Shown here: one piece after another, positions 38,507 to 46,385 of the stretch
How the letters are laid out: each line of letters begins with the position of its first letter
Numbering within the stretch: position 1 is the stretch's first letter
Origin: a virus
Length of the DNA: 64,000 nt
IMG/VR virus record: IMGVR_UViG_3300025646_005482
Location: 32,001-96,000 of that record
Direction: 5' to 3' (one strand)
Program-made: the position numbers and the translations under genes
Notes under the pieces: model-generated
What the model saw: only the letters and a program-made list of their open reading frames with translations
Told to the model about the DNA's origin: nothing
Databases searched by the model: none

Positions 38507-38618
38507 TTTTTTCTGCCTTTTCCGCTATGTATCGTTCGGTTGTTCTAATAATAATATAACCTTTGTCATCATAGACTGTATAAATTAATTGGCCTCCGCG
38601 AGTAACTTCTATGCTCAT
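38493..38618 (-). CDS. Small protein (41 aa, not in ORF track)
   Basis: MSIEVTRGGQLIYTVYDDKGYIIIRTTERYIAEKAEKNGRI; coupled to neighbours. Confidence 0.6.
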   Translation of the reverse strand: MSIEVTRGGQLIYTVYDDKGYIIIRTTERYIAEKAEKNGRI

Positions 38619-39079
38619 TATAAAATACTCAGAAAGCCGGCAATGATCATACCAATAAACACAAAGAAGCCGCCGACAGCTGCTACGTCAATATAAAATG
38701 CTTTTTTACGGGCAGCTGCTTGTGCTGCTTCGATTCTACGTTGACGAATCATGCGTCTTTCTTTCATCATATCTTCGTAGAACTGTTGTTGACCAGTATA
38801 AAGCAAAAATTCATATAGTTCTTTTTCGAGTTGCTTTATCTTGTGTCGTGCTGCGGTGACTTGTAGTGCTTGTGCTTCTACACTACTTCCACCAAATAAT
38901 GATCCCACCATCGATGGGTTTTTTGCGTGTTGATCTGCCTCTGCTAGTTGTTCTTTCGCATCAAAGAATTTGGCAAATACATCGTACATATCCTGGACCT
39001 CTTGGCCCTTCTCAATCGCTCCTTTAATCATATTAAATGCAGAACCAGCCATCGACAACGCCGCGGCTATTTCTATCAT
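38618..39079 (-). CDS. Helical protein with C-terminal TM anchor
   Basis: Amphipathic N-terminus, coiled coil, TM VAAVGGFFVFIGMIIAGFLSIL. Confidence 0.75.
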   Translation of the reverse strand: MIEIAAALSMAGSAFNMIKGAIEKGQEVQDMYDVFAKFFDAKEQLAEADQHAKNPSMVGSLFGGSSVEAQALQVTAARHKIKQLEKELYEFLLYTGQQQFYEDMMKERRMIRQRRIEAAQAAARKKAFYIDVAAVGGFFVFIGMIIAGFLSIL

Positions 39080-39084
39080 TATGA

Positions 39085-39537
39085 TTACTCTCCGTTAGCT
39101 AATACACTCGGTGCCGTCGGAGCCTCAAACTGTAGGTTCCGAAGGTTTTGTATCTCCTGTTGTAACTTCAGCACCTCGAGCCTTTTCTTTTCCAACTCGA
39201 GTTTGTATAATACATTGCAATTGAGTCTTTCTTTCGGCGCTCCAATTGGTATGGTGATTCTACCATATACGCCGATGTCTCTCATAAAATCGTCTTGTCG
39301 GAAATTATAAGTTGGATCCATACCACCATAAAATGGATCATTCTGATTTAAAATTCCTACAACACCGAACTCTACGTTCGTTGATGAACCGATAGCAGCC
39401 GAACATTCCAAATCACCAGCCCGTATTCTATCTGACTGGAAACTCTGCGGAGATTGTGGAATTGCTAAGTTGATACCACTTGATTGTGCATATGTAAACA
39501 TCGGTAACATCAACAGCATTATAATTATTTTTTTCAT
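39085..39537 (-). CDS. Secreted protein with Cys-bounded beta hairpin and coiled coil
   Basis: Signal peptide MKKIIIMLLMLPMFTYA; C...VEFGVVG...IGVYGRITIP...C; heptads. Confidence 0.75.
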   Translation of the reverse strand: MKKIIIMLLMLPMFTYAQSSGINLAIPQSPQSFQSDRIRAGDLECSAAIGSSTNVEFGVVGILNQNDPFYGGMDPTYNFRQDDFMRDIGVYGRITIPIGAPKERLNCNVLYKLELEKKRLEVLKLQQEIQNLRNLQFEAPTAPSVLANGE

Positions 39538-39911
39538 TTTACTTTTGAACATACCCTAGAAGAAACTAAACTCGCAGATAGTCTTTGTTTCTCATGTAAT
39601 GAGAGAGAACAAATGTAACGCACACGCGGTACATCTGCCTTTCTTATGTATATATTTATTTTTTTGCGCTCGAGATACTGTACATTTACTGTACGGCCAT
39701 CAGTCATGGCCCACGGTATATGTTCCCAATTATCGGTGTATACTTCGAAAGTGTAGTATGATACGTCTGCGCGAGAGTTCCAAAGAAGCATCTCAGCAAC
39801 ATAAACATCTTTGACGTATGACATTTTGAGTTCGGGATAGGTGGGAGTCCATGCGTGGGCCCATGCGGACCCACTCATGACTGTAAACAAGAGAGCCATA
39901 ATATAGCGCAT
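39534..39911 (-). CDS. Secreted Ig-like protein, pilus-chaperone-like
   Basis: Signal peptide ending AWA; TP...L.N....Y..EV.T..W strand pattern; Cys pair. Confidence 0.55.
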   Translation of the reverse strand: MRYIMALLFTVMSGSAWAHAWTPTYPELKMSYVKDVYVAEMLLWNSRADVSYYTFEVYTDNWEHIPWAMTDGRTVNVQYLERKKINIYIRKADVPRVRYICSLSLHEKQRLSASLVSSRVCSKVK

Positions 39912-39913
39912 GG

Positions 39914-40411
39914 TTAGATCGCTATGCAGTTAGCCTGAACGATTGCAGTGTACGTACCGCCAGGAAGTGCTTTGCTAATACCATAGTCAGCTTCTGAACT
40001 GACTTTGAACCATGTGCTACCGGTATACTCGAGATCGATCTCAGTAGTAGAATCATACTCAATCTTACTCGTATCGTATGCAGACATCTGAGCATCAGAT
40101 ACGGCCTCTACCGCAGTAGAACCTGTCCATGCAATTGTATCTGAAAGTGCAGGACTTTGTGAGAAAGATGAAGGATGAGTGATGACCGCTTTATACGCGT
40201 TAGCGATAACAACATCATAACGTACAACAGGCTCTACACCACCATCAACTGAGTCAGTACTAAGTACGCTTGCTGAAGGGTTACCGTATACACCTTGCTT
40301 ATCAAGAGTGACAACACACTTAGACTCAACATTTCCTACGATAGGAGCATCGAGTGCTTGTGCGCTGATAGCTGTCATGGCGATTGCTGCTGCCAAAATT
40401 TTCTTGAACAT
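39914..40411 (-). CDS. Secreted pilin/fimbrial-subunit-like protein
   Basis: Signal peptide ending AQA; N-terminal IVGNVESKC; C-terminal GGTYTAIVQANC. Confidence 0.55.
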   Translation of the reverse strand: MFKKILAAAIAMTAISAQALDAPIVGNVESKCVVTLDKQGVYGNPSASVLSTDSVDGGVEPVVRYDVVIANAYKAVITHPSSFSQSPALSDTIAWTGSTAVEAVSDAQMSAYDTSKIEYDSTTEIDLEYTGSTWFKVSSEADYGISKALPGGTYTAIVQANCIAI

Positions 40412-41292
40412 TACTGTTCTCCTTTGTATTGTGATTTGACTAACTTATCATGTAGTACATCTTGTGCAATAAGTAGGCTTCGACCCCGGTTATTTCTAGG
40501 CATCGAAGCATCTTTGAGTTGAATTGTTTCACGATATACTGTATCAGGCAATTGCTCATAATATAGATTAGAGAATTGGCTCATAGCCATTACTTGATTA
40601 TGCTTCGCTGTATCTTGAGCATTTTGTAATGATCTACTAGCTATACCTAATACTGTCTCGAGATCAACCTCTTCTTCATCGTCTTCTTTTTCCTCCATGT
40701 CTTTGCGCTCACGTTCCTCTTCATCTTCGTCGCGCATAGTCATCTCTCTATCAATCTCGTCTTGTACGAATGTATTATCAAGTGGATCTACAACTTCAAC
40801 CGATGGAATATCAGGCATTTGTACCTTATATCCTGGACATGATGGATCCGATTGCGGATCAAAACATGTGTCATACTGATATGTGTAAATAACTGACGGA
40901 TCAGTTACTTTACCATCACCTTCCCATACTATTTCTCCGTCTCCCCAATAATCGATAGGTATTCCACCAACACCTATCACTTTGAAGATAGAATTTCCTG
41001 GCAGACCTGTCCAATCATCTGTCTCTCGAAAGATGTATCCACCATCGACTGCATTCTCGTTTTGCACAGTAACAAGCAATGGATCCTCAGGATTTTTGAT
41101 TGTCGTATACCTATACAAAACTGTGTTGACTTGCAAACCAGCCTGCTGAGGCAAGAGATTACTCATGACCCAATTGTATCCATTCTGTGCAGCGTTGGTC
41201 GTTTGACCAAATACCTGTTCAGAGTAGGAGTAAGAGGGCGAGTATGCCAGCAAGACCGCCACCAGCCATGGCAGTTTTCTTTGTTTGCTCAT
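40411..41292 (-). CDS. Secreted protein with beta domain, CxDPxxDPxCPGY motif and acidic coil
   Basis: Signal peptide; CFDPQSDPSCPGY; E/D-rich segment. Confidence 0.7.
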   Translation of the reverse strand: MSKQRKLPWLVAVLLAYSPSYSYSEQVFGQTTNAAQNGYNWVMSNLLPQQAGLQVNTVLYRYTTIKNPEDPLLVTVQNENAVDGGYIFRETDDWTGLPGNSIFKVIGVGGIPIDYWGDGEIVWEGDGKVTDPSVIYTYQYDTCFDPQSDPSCPGYKVQMPDIPSVEVVDPLDNTFVQDEIDREMTMRDEDEEERERKDMEEKEDDEEEVDLETVLGIASRSLQNAQDTAKHNQVMAMSQFSNLYYEQLPDTVYRETIQLKDASMPRNNRGRSLLIAQDVLHDKLVKSQYKGEQ

Positions 41293-41827
41293 CTATTCCA
41301 TCCTTTGGTTTCTCTATTGTTTCATTATCAGCACCTGCAGCAAGCCACGCGGCTTTTGCTTCAGCACCGATCAAACCATCATATGGACATGGTGTACCAG
41401 CATTCATCATTGCATTGAATACTCTTTCGTCTGTACACATGAGTGACACTGCTGCCACTTTCATACCCATATCATATAGAGTTTTGGCATTCTTCAGTCG
41501 TTCACAGTTCTCATCAGTAAATTGTGTACCTGTAGAAATACCGAGAATTTGTGTTTGTACTGCTCCAGCTACACCAAAAGTACAAAGATCAGAGTTCGAT
41601 GTATTGATAGTTGGTGTAATCGCCGATGCAGGAGGCGACTTCAGTGTTGTGGTAGTATTACCGTTGGTCGTAATTGTGCTTGTAGTTGTCGACTCAGTTC
41701 TGATTAAATTAGGATCTACAGCTTCTTCTTGAGCGATTACAATTGCAGGTAGCCACAGAAAACCGAAAATGATGATAATGCAAAACAGAGTGACTCTAAG
41801 CAAGCTTGAGTCTAATTTATCAAACAT
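41219..41827 (-). CDS. Exported protein with Thr-rich stalk, 4 Cys and C-terminal Gly-Gly/hydrophobic tail
   Basis: N-terminal TM/signal; TTTSTITTNGNTTTT; SPPASAI; AGGGLAGILALLLLL. Confidence 0.75.
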   Translation of the reverse strand: MFDKLDSSLLRVTLFCIIIIFGFLWLPAIVIAQEEAVDPNLIRTESTTTSTITTNGNTTTTLKSPPASAITPTINTSNSDLCTFGVAGAVQTQILGISTGTQFTDENCERLKNAKTLYDMGMKVAAVSLMCTDERVFNAMMNAGTPCPYDGLIGAEAKAAWLAAGADNETIEKPKDGIDEQTKKTAMAGGGLAGILALLLLL

Positions 41828-41910
41828 ATTATTTTTACCTATAAAATTTTAAAATTGATTTTTAAATACATCAATATAGGCATACTGTTAGAGTGGCTCA
41901 TCCACATAAG

Positions 41911-41918
41911 TATTTATA
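41911..41918 (-). promoter_or_regulatory. T4-type late promoter for the minus-strand exported-protein operon
   Basis: TATTTATA on the plus strand. Confidence 0.75.
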
Positions 41919-41932
41919 CAAACCTGATCCCA

Positions 41933-42013
41933 GGCCTGTCAATAAATGGACAGGCCCCTGCACCTCACGGCTTATACGCAAAAGTTATAAGCTTAGAAGT
42001 AAAAAGTCTAAGC
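41933..42013. repeat. Cluster of inverted repeats between divergent promoters
   Basis: GGCCTGTC/GACAGGCC; GCTTATA-N9-TATAAGC; GCTTAGA-N9-TCTAAGC. Confidence 0.7.
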
Positions 42014-42019
42014 CAGGCA

Positions 42020-42048
42020 TGTAACGGGGCCTCCCCATGAGGTAGAAT
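42020..42048 (+). promoter_or_regulatory. sigma70-type early promoter
   Basis: TGTAAC-N17-TAGAAT. Confidence 0.55.
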
Positions 42049-42073
42049 ACCAGCCCCCTTGAGGAGAATATCT

Positions 42074-42265
42074 ATGTATACTTATGAACTCGACTGCGCT
42101 TCTGACTGCACCCTCGGCTACCTCTCTGATCTTTGCACCAAATACAATGCACACTATCGCTCTCGCATCCACTATGGACCTGCCGGGGGCAATCCGTATA
42201 TCCAATTCATTTTTAATAACCAAAACGACTTAGATCATTTTGTTATTGATTATGTAAATAATTAA
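42074..42265 (+). CDS. Small early protein
   Basis: SD GAGGAG; GPAGGNPYIQF. Confidence 0.7.
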   Translation: MYTYELDCASDCTLGYLSDLCTKYNAHYRSRIHYGPAGGNPYIQFIFNNQNDLDHFVIDYVNN

Positions 42266-42388
42266 CAAAAATAATCTAAAAAAATCTCTAATGAAATCAA
42301 TAACTTGCAAGCGCCCAAAAAGTCTAATCAAATCATAGACTTAGAGGTGTACAACCCCATCTCAGCAGGGTATAATGGCTCTTGTCAA
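42252..42388 (+). repeat. Early-promoter cassette copy 2: two IHF-like sites 36 bp apart plus sigma70 promoter
   Basis: AATCAATAACTTG 42295-42307, AATCATAGACTTA 42331-42343, TGTACA 42348-42353, TATAAT 42371-42376. Confidence 0.75.
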
Positions 42389-42402
42389 ATGGAGATATAC
42401 TT

Positions 42403-42909
42403 ATGAAAGCGATCATTCAGACTCAACACATGGAAAACTACGGTGCCCACGATTGGGACGGCGAGGGTTCTTGTCCGCAGTACTGGAAGCCCAAAGGTGG
42501 TAGCACCTACATCTTCAACTGCACCATCGAGGAGAACATGGACCCTCAGTGGTGGGCCCGTGTCGAGGCTGCTTGCACCAGCAAGAGCGAGTACTTTGAG
42601 GAGTACTCAGTTGGTGAGACTGTGGTCGATGATATCGACTTTCGTGTCTCTGACCACACCCCTGACTGGGACGCACCTTATTATGGTACGATCAAGGAAG
42701 ATCGTATCTCTTTCAACCGCACGACCGAAAACCGGCCGATGTCTGGTTGGCGCAAAGAAATCGCTAAGGAGTTCACCGCGTACGACGTGTTGGACAATGG
42801 CGAGGAAGTACATCACGGTGTTGCCTTCGAAATGGTAAACGGTGATGTTATACCTTTCGCTGAGCTTCGCGCTTGGCTGGACAAGTACGCACCTGCGGAG
42901 GCAGCGTAA
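42403..42909 (+). CDS. Early hypothetical protein
   Basis: SD GGAG; TQHMENYGAHDWDGEGSCPQYWKPKGG; ends APAEAA. Confidence 0.8.
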   Translation: MKAIIQTQHMENYGAHDWDGEGSCPQYWKPKGGSTYIFNCTIEENMDPQWWARVEAACTSKSEYFEEYSVGETVVDDIDFRVSDHTPDWDAPYYGTIKEDRISFNRTTENRPMSGWRKEIAKEFTAYDVLDNGEEVHHGVAFEMVNGDVIPFAELRAWLDKYAPAEAA

Positions 42910-42989
42910 TGAAAGACACACTTACTGGAATTTTTGTAATGGCACTGTTGGGTGCCATCCTTGGAATCATGTTAGGAGTATCCATATAA
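42909..42989 (+). CDS. 26-aa single-TM peptide (not in ORF track)
   Basis: TAATG coupling on both sides. Confidence 0.5.
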   Translation: MKDTLTGIFVMALLGAILGIMLGVSI

Positions 42990-43351
42990 TGGGTAGAAAA
43001 AGAAAGAACGATCCGTTTGCAGTCGAAGAAGTCGAGGTATTTGATCCTGACTTCAAGCAACCCCAAATGATCATTCAGCTTCGTAAGATCGTCGACTCTA
43101 TCGGCAATCCGAAGCCGCTTCATTGGGTTCGTACTGACGGTGATCGTAACATTTGGGTTGCTCACAAGCACGCCAAAACCATCGTTGAGATGTACGATCG
43201 ACTGACTAGCGAAGAAGCTACTTCGTCTGTCGTCCAGAATCGTCAAGATCCAGCTATCAATGCACAACGTACACGCCTCAAGCGTGAGTTTATGCAGCGC
43301 CTGCAGACCACTGTCGGTCTCCAGTCAATTCTCGAGTCGTTGCGAGCATGA
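42989..43351 (+). CDS. Hypothetical protein
   Basis: SD AGGAG; MIIQLRKIVD. Confidence 0.7.
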   Translation: MGRKRKNDPFAVEEVEVFDPDFKQPQMIIQLRKIVDSIGNPKPLHWVRTDGDRNIWVAHKHAKTIVEMYDRLTSEEATSSVVQNRQDPAINAQRTRLKREFMQRLQTTVGLQSILESLRA

Positions 43352-43560
43352 CTAAGCAGGAAACAGCTGCTCGCGAGTTCGGTAACCTCATGGACCATTA
43401 CTTCGCGTATGATGATTTTCACCTCGGAGTATTTCCTCTGATGAAGAGAACACGTGGCCGTGAGGATGCTGTAGAAAATACAGCTTGGCATGAGTTTGAA
43501 GCTAGACTGCTTGATCTGATATTGAAGCAAATACCACCGGAGTATCCAAACGAGCTATGA
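43348..43560 (+). CDS. Hypothetical protein
   Basis: ATGA overlap. Confidence 0.6.
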   Translation: MTKQETAAREFGNLMDHYFAYDDFHLGVFPLMKRTRGREDAVENTAWHEFEARLLDLILKQIPPEYPNEL

Positions 43561-43787
43561 GAATCTTCAAGGAATTAACAGAGTGGCCTGACGTTGAGTA
43601 CAATGTACCCAACCACACTTATGCTGTCAATGATGCAGGGAAGTGTGTAGGCTACGTCAAGACTGGTACCTCAGAATGGATATTCTTTGCTAAGCCCCGT
43701 ATGTTTGACAGGGCCCGCCGCAAGTTTATCCAGCTCAAGTCAGGAAATTTAGTAAATCTTTTTGAAAAAAACTATGTACAATACTAA
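43557..43787 (+). CDS. Hypothetical protein
   Basis: ELTEW....PNHTY...FDRARRKF. Confidence 0.7.
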   Translation: MRIFKELTEWPDVEYNVPNHTYAVNDAGKCVGYVKTGTSEWIFFAKPRMFDRARRKFIQLKSGNLVNLFEKNYVQY

Positions 43788-43803
43788 TTTTTTTTGGTAG
43801 AAT
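43775..43803 (+). promoter_or_regulatory. sigma70-type promoter
   Basis: TGTACA-N17-TAGAAT. Confidence 0.7.
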
Positions 43804-43828
43804 GGTACATGTAAATTGAATTGGCCGA

Positions 43829-43893
43829 GAATGTAGAGGTGGGGTTGCAACCCGAAACGGCCCAAATAGCTGAATATGACAGCCTCTACATTC
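43829..43893 (+). ncRNA. Structured leader RNA (11-bp stem closing a multibranch loop)
   Basis: GAATGTAGAGG/CCTCTACATTC; inner TGGG/CCCA, CCGAAACGG, CTG/CAG. Confidence 0.5.
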
Positions 43894-43920
43894 ACCTTAA
43901 TTAGCCTGTAGGAGGGCAAT

Positions 43921-44055
43921 ATGAAAAATGAAAATGTAGTTGAATTTCCAAGCCAAAACAATGATGATCAGCGCGCCAAAATCGAACGGCAAGCTGACGA
44001 GATTGCGGCTCAAACGGATGCTATCGCTAACCTAATCTTTGGTGAGGAAGCTTAA
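43921..44055 (+). CDS. 44-aa protein (not in ORF track)
   Basis: SD AGGAGG; MKNENVVEFP. Confidence 0.65.
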   Translation: MKNENVVEFPSQNNDDQRAKIERQADEIAAQTDAIANLIFGEEA

Positions 44056-44057
44056 TA

Positions 44058-45044
44058 ATGGCACATATGGTTGAAACAATGGCGTACGCTGGTGAAGTTC
44101 CTTGGCACGGTTTAGGTGTCAAGGTTGCTGACGATCTGACGCCTCAAGAGATGATGAAGGTTGCTGGTCTTGATTGGTCAGTAGAGCGTCATCCTATCAC
44201 TACGCTGGTTGATGGTGAAGAGATCACTATCGAAGGCAAAAAAGCTTTGGTTCGTTCATCTGACAACAAAGTACTCGACGTTGTAGGAGATCAGTGGATC
44301 CCAGTCCAAAATGCTGATGCGTTCGAGTTCTTTGACGAGTATGTTAAGGCTGGCGGCATGACGATGCACACTGCTGGATCGTTGAAAGATGGCCAGATTG
44401 TATGGGGACTCGCTAAGATCGACGAATCTTTTTCTCTCTTTGGCGGTAAGGATCAGGTAGACTCCTACCTCTTGCTGTCAAATCCACATAATTACGGTCG
44501 CGGTGTCGATGTTCGATTCACACCCATTCGGGTAGTTTGCAATAACACCCTGTCAATGTCTCTCGAAGGCAAAGCATCGCTTGGTATCTCGCTTAATCAC
44601 AAGTCAGAGTTCAATGCTGAGCGTGTCCGCCTAGCCCTCGATGAGGCATCTAAGAAGATGGAAACCTACCACGAAATGGCTGATTTTCTGTCGAAGAAGT
44701 ACTACAAGCAAGCTGACTTGTTCGAGTACTTCAACCAAGTCTTCCCTGTTACCACCAATCGTGCTGGTACAATGGACTTTGACGAGCTTATGAAGTCATT
44801 CCAGGAAGGTAAGAAAGCTGGTTCGCGTAACGCTAGAACTGCAATGGAAATCATTCACACTCAGCCTGGTGCATCACTTGCCGAAGGTACATGGTGGAAT
44901 GCTTACAACGCGGTGACTTATATGACTAATCACACTCTCGGCAACAGTCAAGATACTCGACTGCAGTCAGCTTGGTTCGGTCATAACAAGAACACGAACA
45001 TCAACGCTTTAGGTATGGCAATTGAATACGCTCAAGCAGCGTAA
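44058..45044 (+). CDS. DUF932-family protein
   Basis: VPWHGLG, AGLDW.V, QNADAF, TAGSL, TPIRVVCNNTL, GTWWNAYNAVT. Confidence 0.9.
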   Translation: MAHMVETMAYAGEVPWHGLGVKVADDLTPQEMMKVAGLDWSVERHPITTLVDGEEITIEGKKALVRSSDNKVLDVVGDQWIPVQNADAFEFFDEYVKAGGMTMHTAGSLKDGQIVWGLAKIDESFSLFGGKDQVDSYLLLSNPHNYGRGVDVRFTPIRVVCNNTLSMSLEGKASLGISLNHKSEFNAERVRLALDEASKKMETYHEMADFLSKKYYKQADLFEYFNQVFPVTTNRAGTMDFDELMKSFQEGKKAGSRNARTAMEIIHTQPGASLAEGTWWNAYNAVTYMTNHTLGNSQDTRLQSAWFGHNKNTNINALGMAIEYAQAA

Positions 45045-45049
45045 GGTTT

Positions 45050-45092
45050 GGAGGCTCGCGGCCACGGCGAGACGTGGCCGGCCTCCTTTTTT
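45050..45092 (+). terminator. Rho-independent terminator
   Basis: GGAGGC...GGCCACG/CGTGGCC...GCCTCC followed by T6. Confidence 0.85.
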
Positions 45093-45097
45093 AGTAA

Positions 45098-45105
45098 CAT
45101 AAATA
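45098..45105 (+). promoter_or_regulatory. Possible late promoter variant
   Basis: CATAAATA right after the terminator. Confidence 0.5.
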
Positions 45106-45131
45106 TTATTCCATACAGAGGAGGATTTGTT

Positions 45132-45461
45132 ATGGAATGGATTATTGCAGTAGCTGTGGCACTTGGATTGGCCGCATTTTTCTTTTGGCCGCGAGTGAGC
45201 GAAAAAATCGATGAAGTTCAGGAAGACATCACCGAAGCTCGCGAAAAGGTTGAAGAGAAGTTTGAAGAAGTCATTGAAGATGTTGAAGATGCAGTTAAAG
45301 AAGCATTGAATAATCTTCCGACAAAAGCGCAACTAATGAAACTCACTAAGGCAAAGATCGATGAACTGGCTTCAGAAGTCGGTATCACACTTGATCGACG
45401 TCAAACAAAAGAGAAGATGGTTGCTGACCTTCAGAAGCAAGCTAAAAAAGCGAAACAGTAA
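45132..45461 (+). CDS. Membrane-anchored protein with C-terminal Rho-N/HeH-like motif
   Basis: N-terminal TM; LMKLTKAKIDELASEVGITLDRRQTKEKMV. Confidence 0.65.
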   Translation: MEWIIAVAVALGLAAFFFWPRVSEKIDEVQEDITEAREKVEEKFEEVIEDVEDAVKEALNNLPTKAQLMKLTKAKIDELASEVGITLDRRQTKEKMVADLQKQAKKAKQ

Positions 45462-45462
45462 T

Positions 45463-45711
45463 ATGACAGAAATAATCGACGATGCTCCGAAGGAGTTCGG
45501 AGCTCAGTCTTTTTTGTTCGAGATAGAAAAGCTACGAGAGAAAGATTCAATCGATTATATGGATGCCATCTTACATTATTGCGAAAGAAACGATATTGAG
45601 ATCGAGGCAGTGGCGCAGTACATTCGAAAGAATCTAGTGCTCAAAGCAAAGATCCAAGAAGAAGCCGAAGATTTAAACTTTTTACAGAAGACAGCAAGAC
45701 TACCTATATAA
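45463..45711 (+). CDS. 33: Late transcription coactivator gp33
   Basis: F..EIEK...YMDAILHYCE..DIEIE...LKAKIQEEA..LNFL; synteny 33-59-32. Confidence 0.9.
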   Translation: MTEIIDDAPKEFGAQSFLFEIEKLREKDSIDYMDAILHYCERNDIEIEAVAQYIRKNLVLKAKIQEEAEDLNFLQKTARLPI

Positions 45712-46280
45712 TGGAACCATTTGAGGCATTTCAGAAATATCTTGCGCTCAAGCTTCACTTCGATTCTGAATCCTATGACTACTTCAAGTACCGTGGGAAG
45801 ACGAATGCAAAGAAAGATAAGTTTGATTTAAGGCAAGATCGTTTCTTCTTCCATCGTCTATCAAAGAAAGATGATCTCGAGTTGTACCTAGCCAGCAATC
45901 TGTTTGAAAATCCAGATGCATGGGTAGGACAACTCCTTGATCAAGAATGCGTTGATAGATTTAAAGAAACAAAGAAACGTCATCAGTCCCTGAAATATCT
46001 TTTTCAGCAAGACATGTCACAGTTCGAGAGCTTAGATGACGCGCTCGTGGTTAAGAACGGTGATTACCCTAAGATACTCAACATGTACAACAGAAAGGAG
46101 ATCATGCCTGAAACCATGATAATCCTGAATGCTACGTGTAGGGTATTCTGGTATTGGAAAGAAAACATTTCTGATACTATTATATGGCCGAAGACAATGA
46201 ACAAGCTGTTGAAGTTTCAGCCGTTCGTGAAGTTTGATTTAGAAGATTATGTTGAACTCGTCGGCAATTTATATAAATAA
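45711..46280 (+). CDS. 59: Helicase loader gp59
   Basis: YLALKLHF...YDYFKY.GK; R.DRFFF; ETMIIL. Confidence 0.9.
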   Translation: MEPFEAFQKYLALKLHFDSESYDYFKYRGKTNAKKDKFDLRQDRFFFHRLSKKDDLELYLASNLFENPDAWVGQLLDQECVDRFKETKKRHQSLKYLFQQDMSQFESLDDALVVKNGDYPKILNMYNRKEIMPETMIILNATCRVFWYWKENISDTIIWPKTMNKLLKFQPFVKFDLEDYVELVGNLYK

Positions 46281-46321
46281 GGGGGAGGGGGGTTTACAAG
46301 CACTCTCTTTTGTAGTAAGAT
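46272..46321 (+). promoter_or_regulatory. Late (TATAAATA 46272-46279) and sigma70-type (TTTACA-N17-TAAGAT) promoters for gene 32
   Basis: Motif matches. Confidence 0.65.
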
Positions 46322-46385
46322 ATACTTGTTATATTATGAATACTGTGAATAAACTGTTTATACATTCGCATACAAGGAAATACAT

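Noticed and set aside
43829-43893. Hammerhead ribozyme or tRNA
   Set aside because: CTGA and GAAA are present but not in the CUGANGA/GAAA core arrangement; there is no T-loop or acceptor stem.
46281-46292. G-quadruplex in GGGGGAGGGGGG
   Set aside because: Only two G tracts; more likely pairs with the nearby CTCTC or is promoter spacer sequence.
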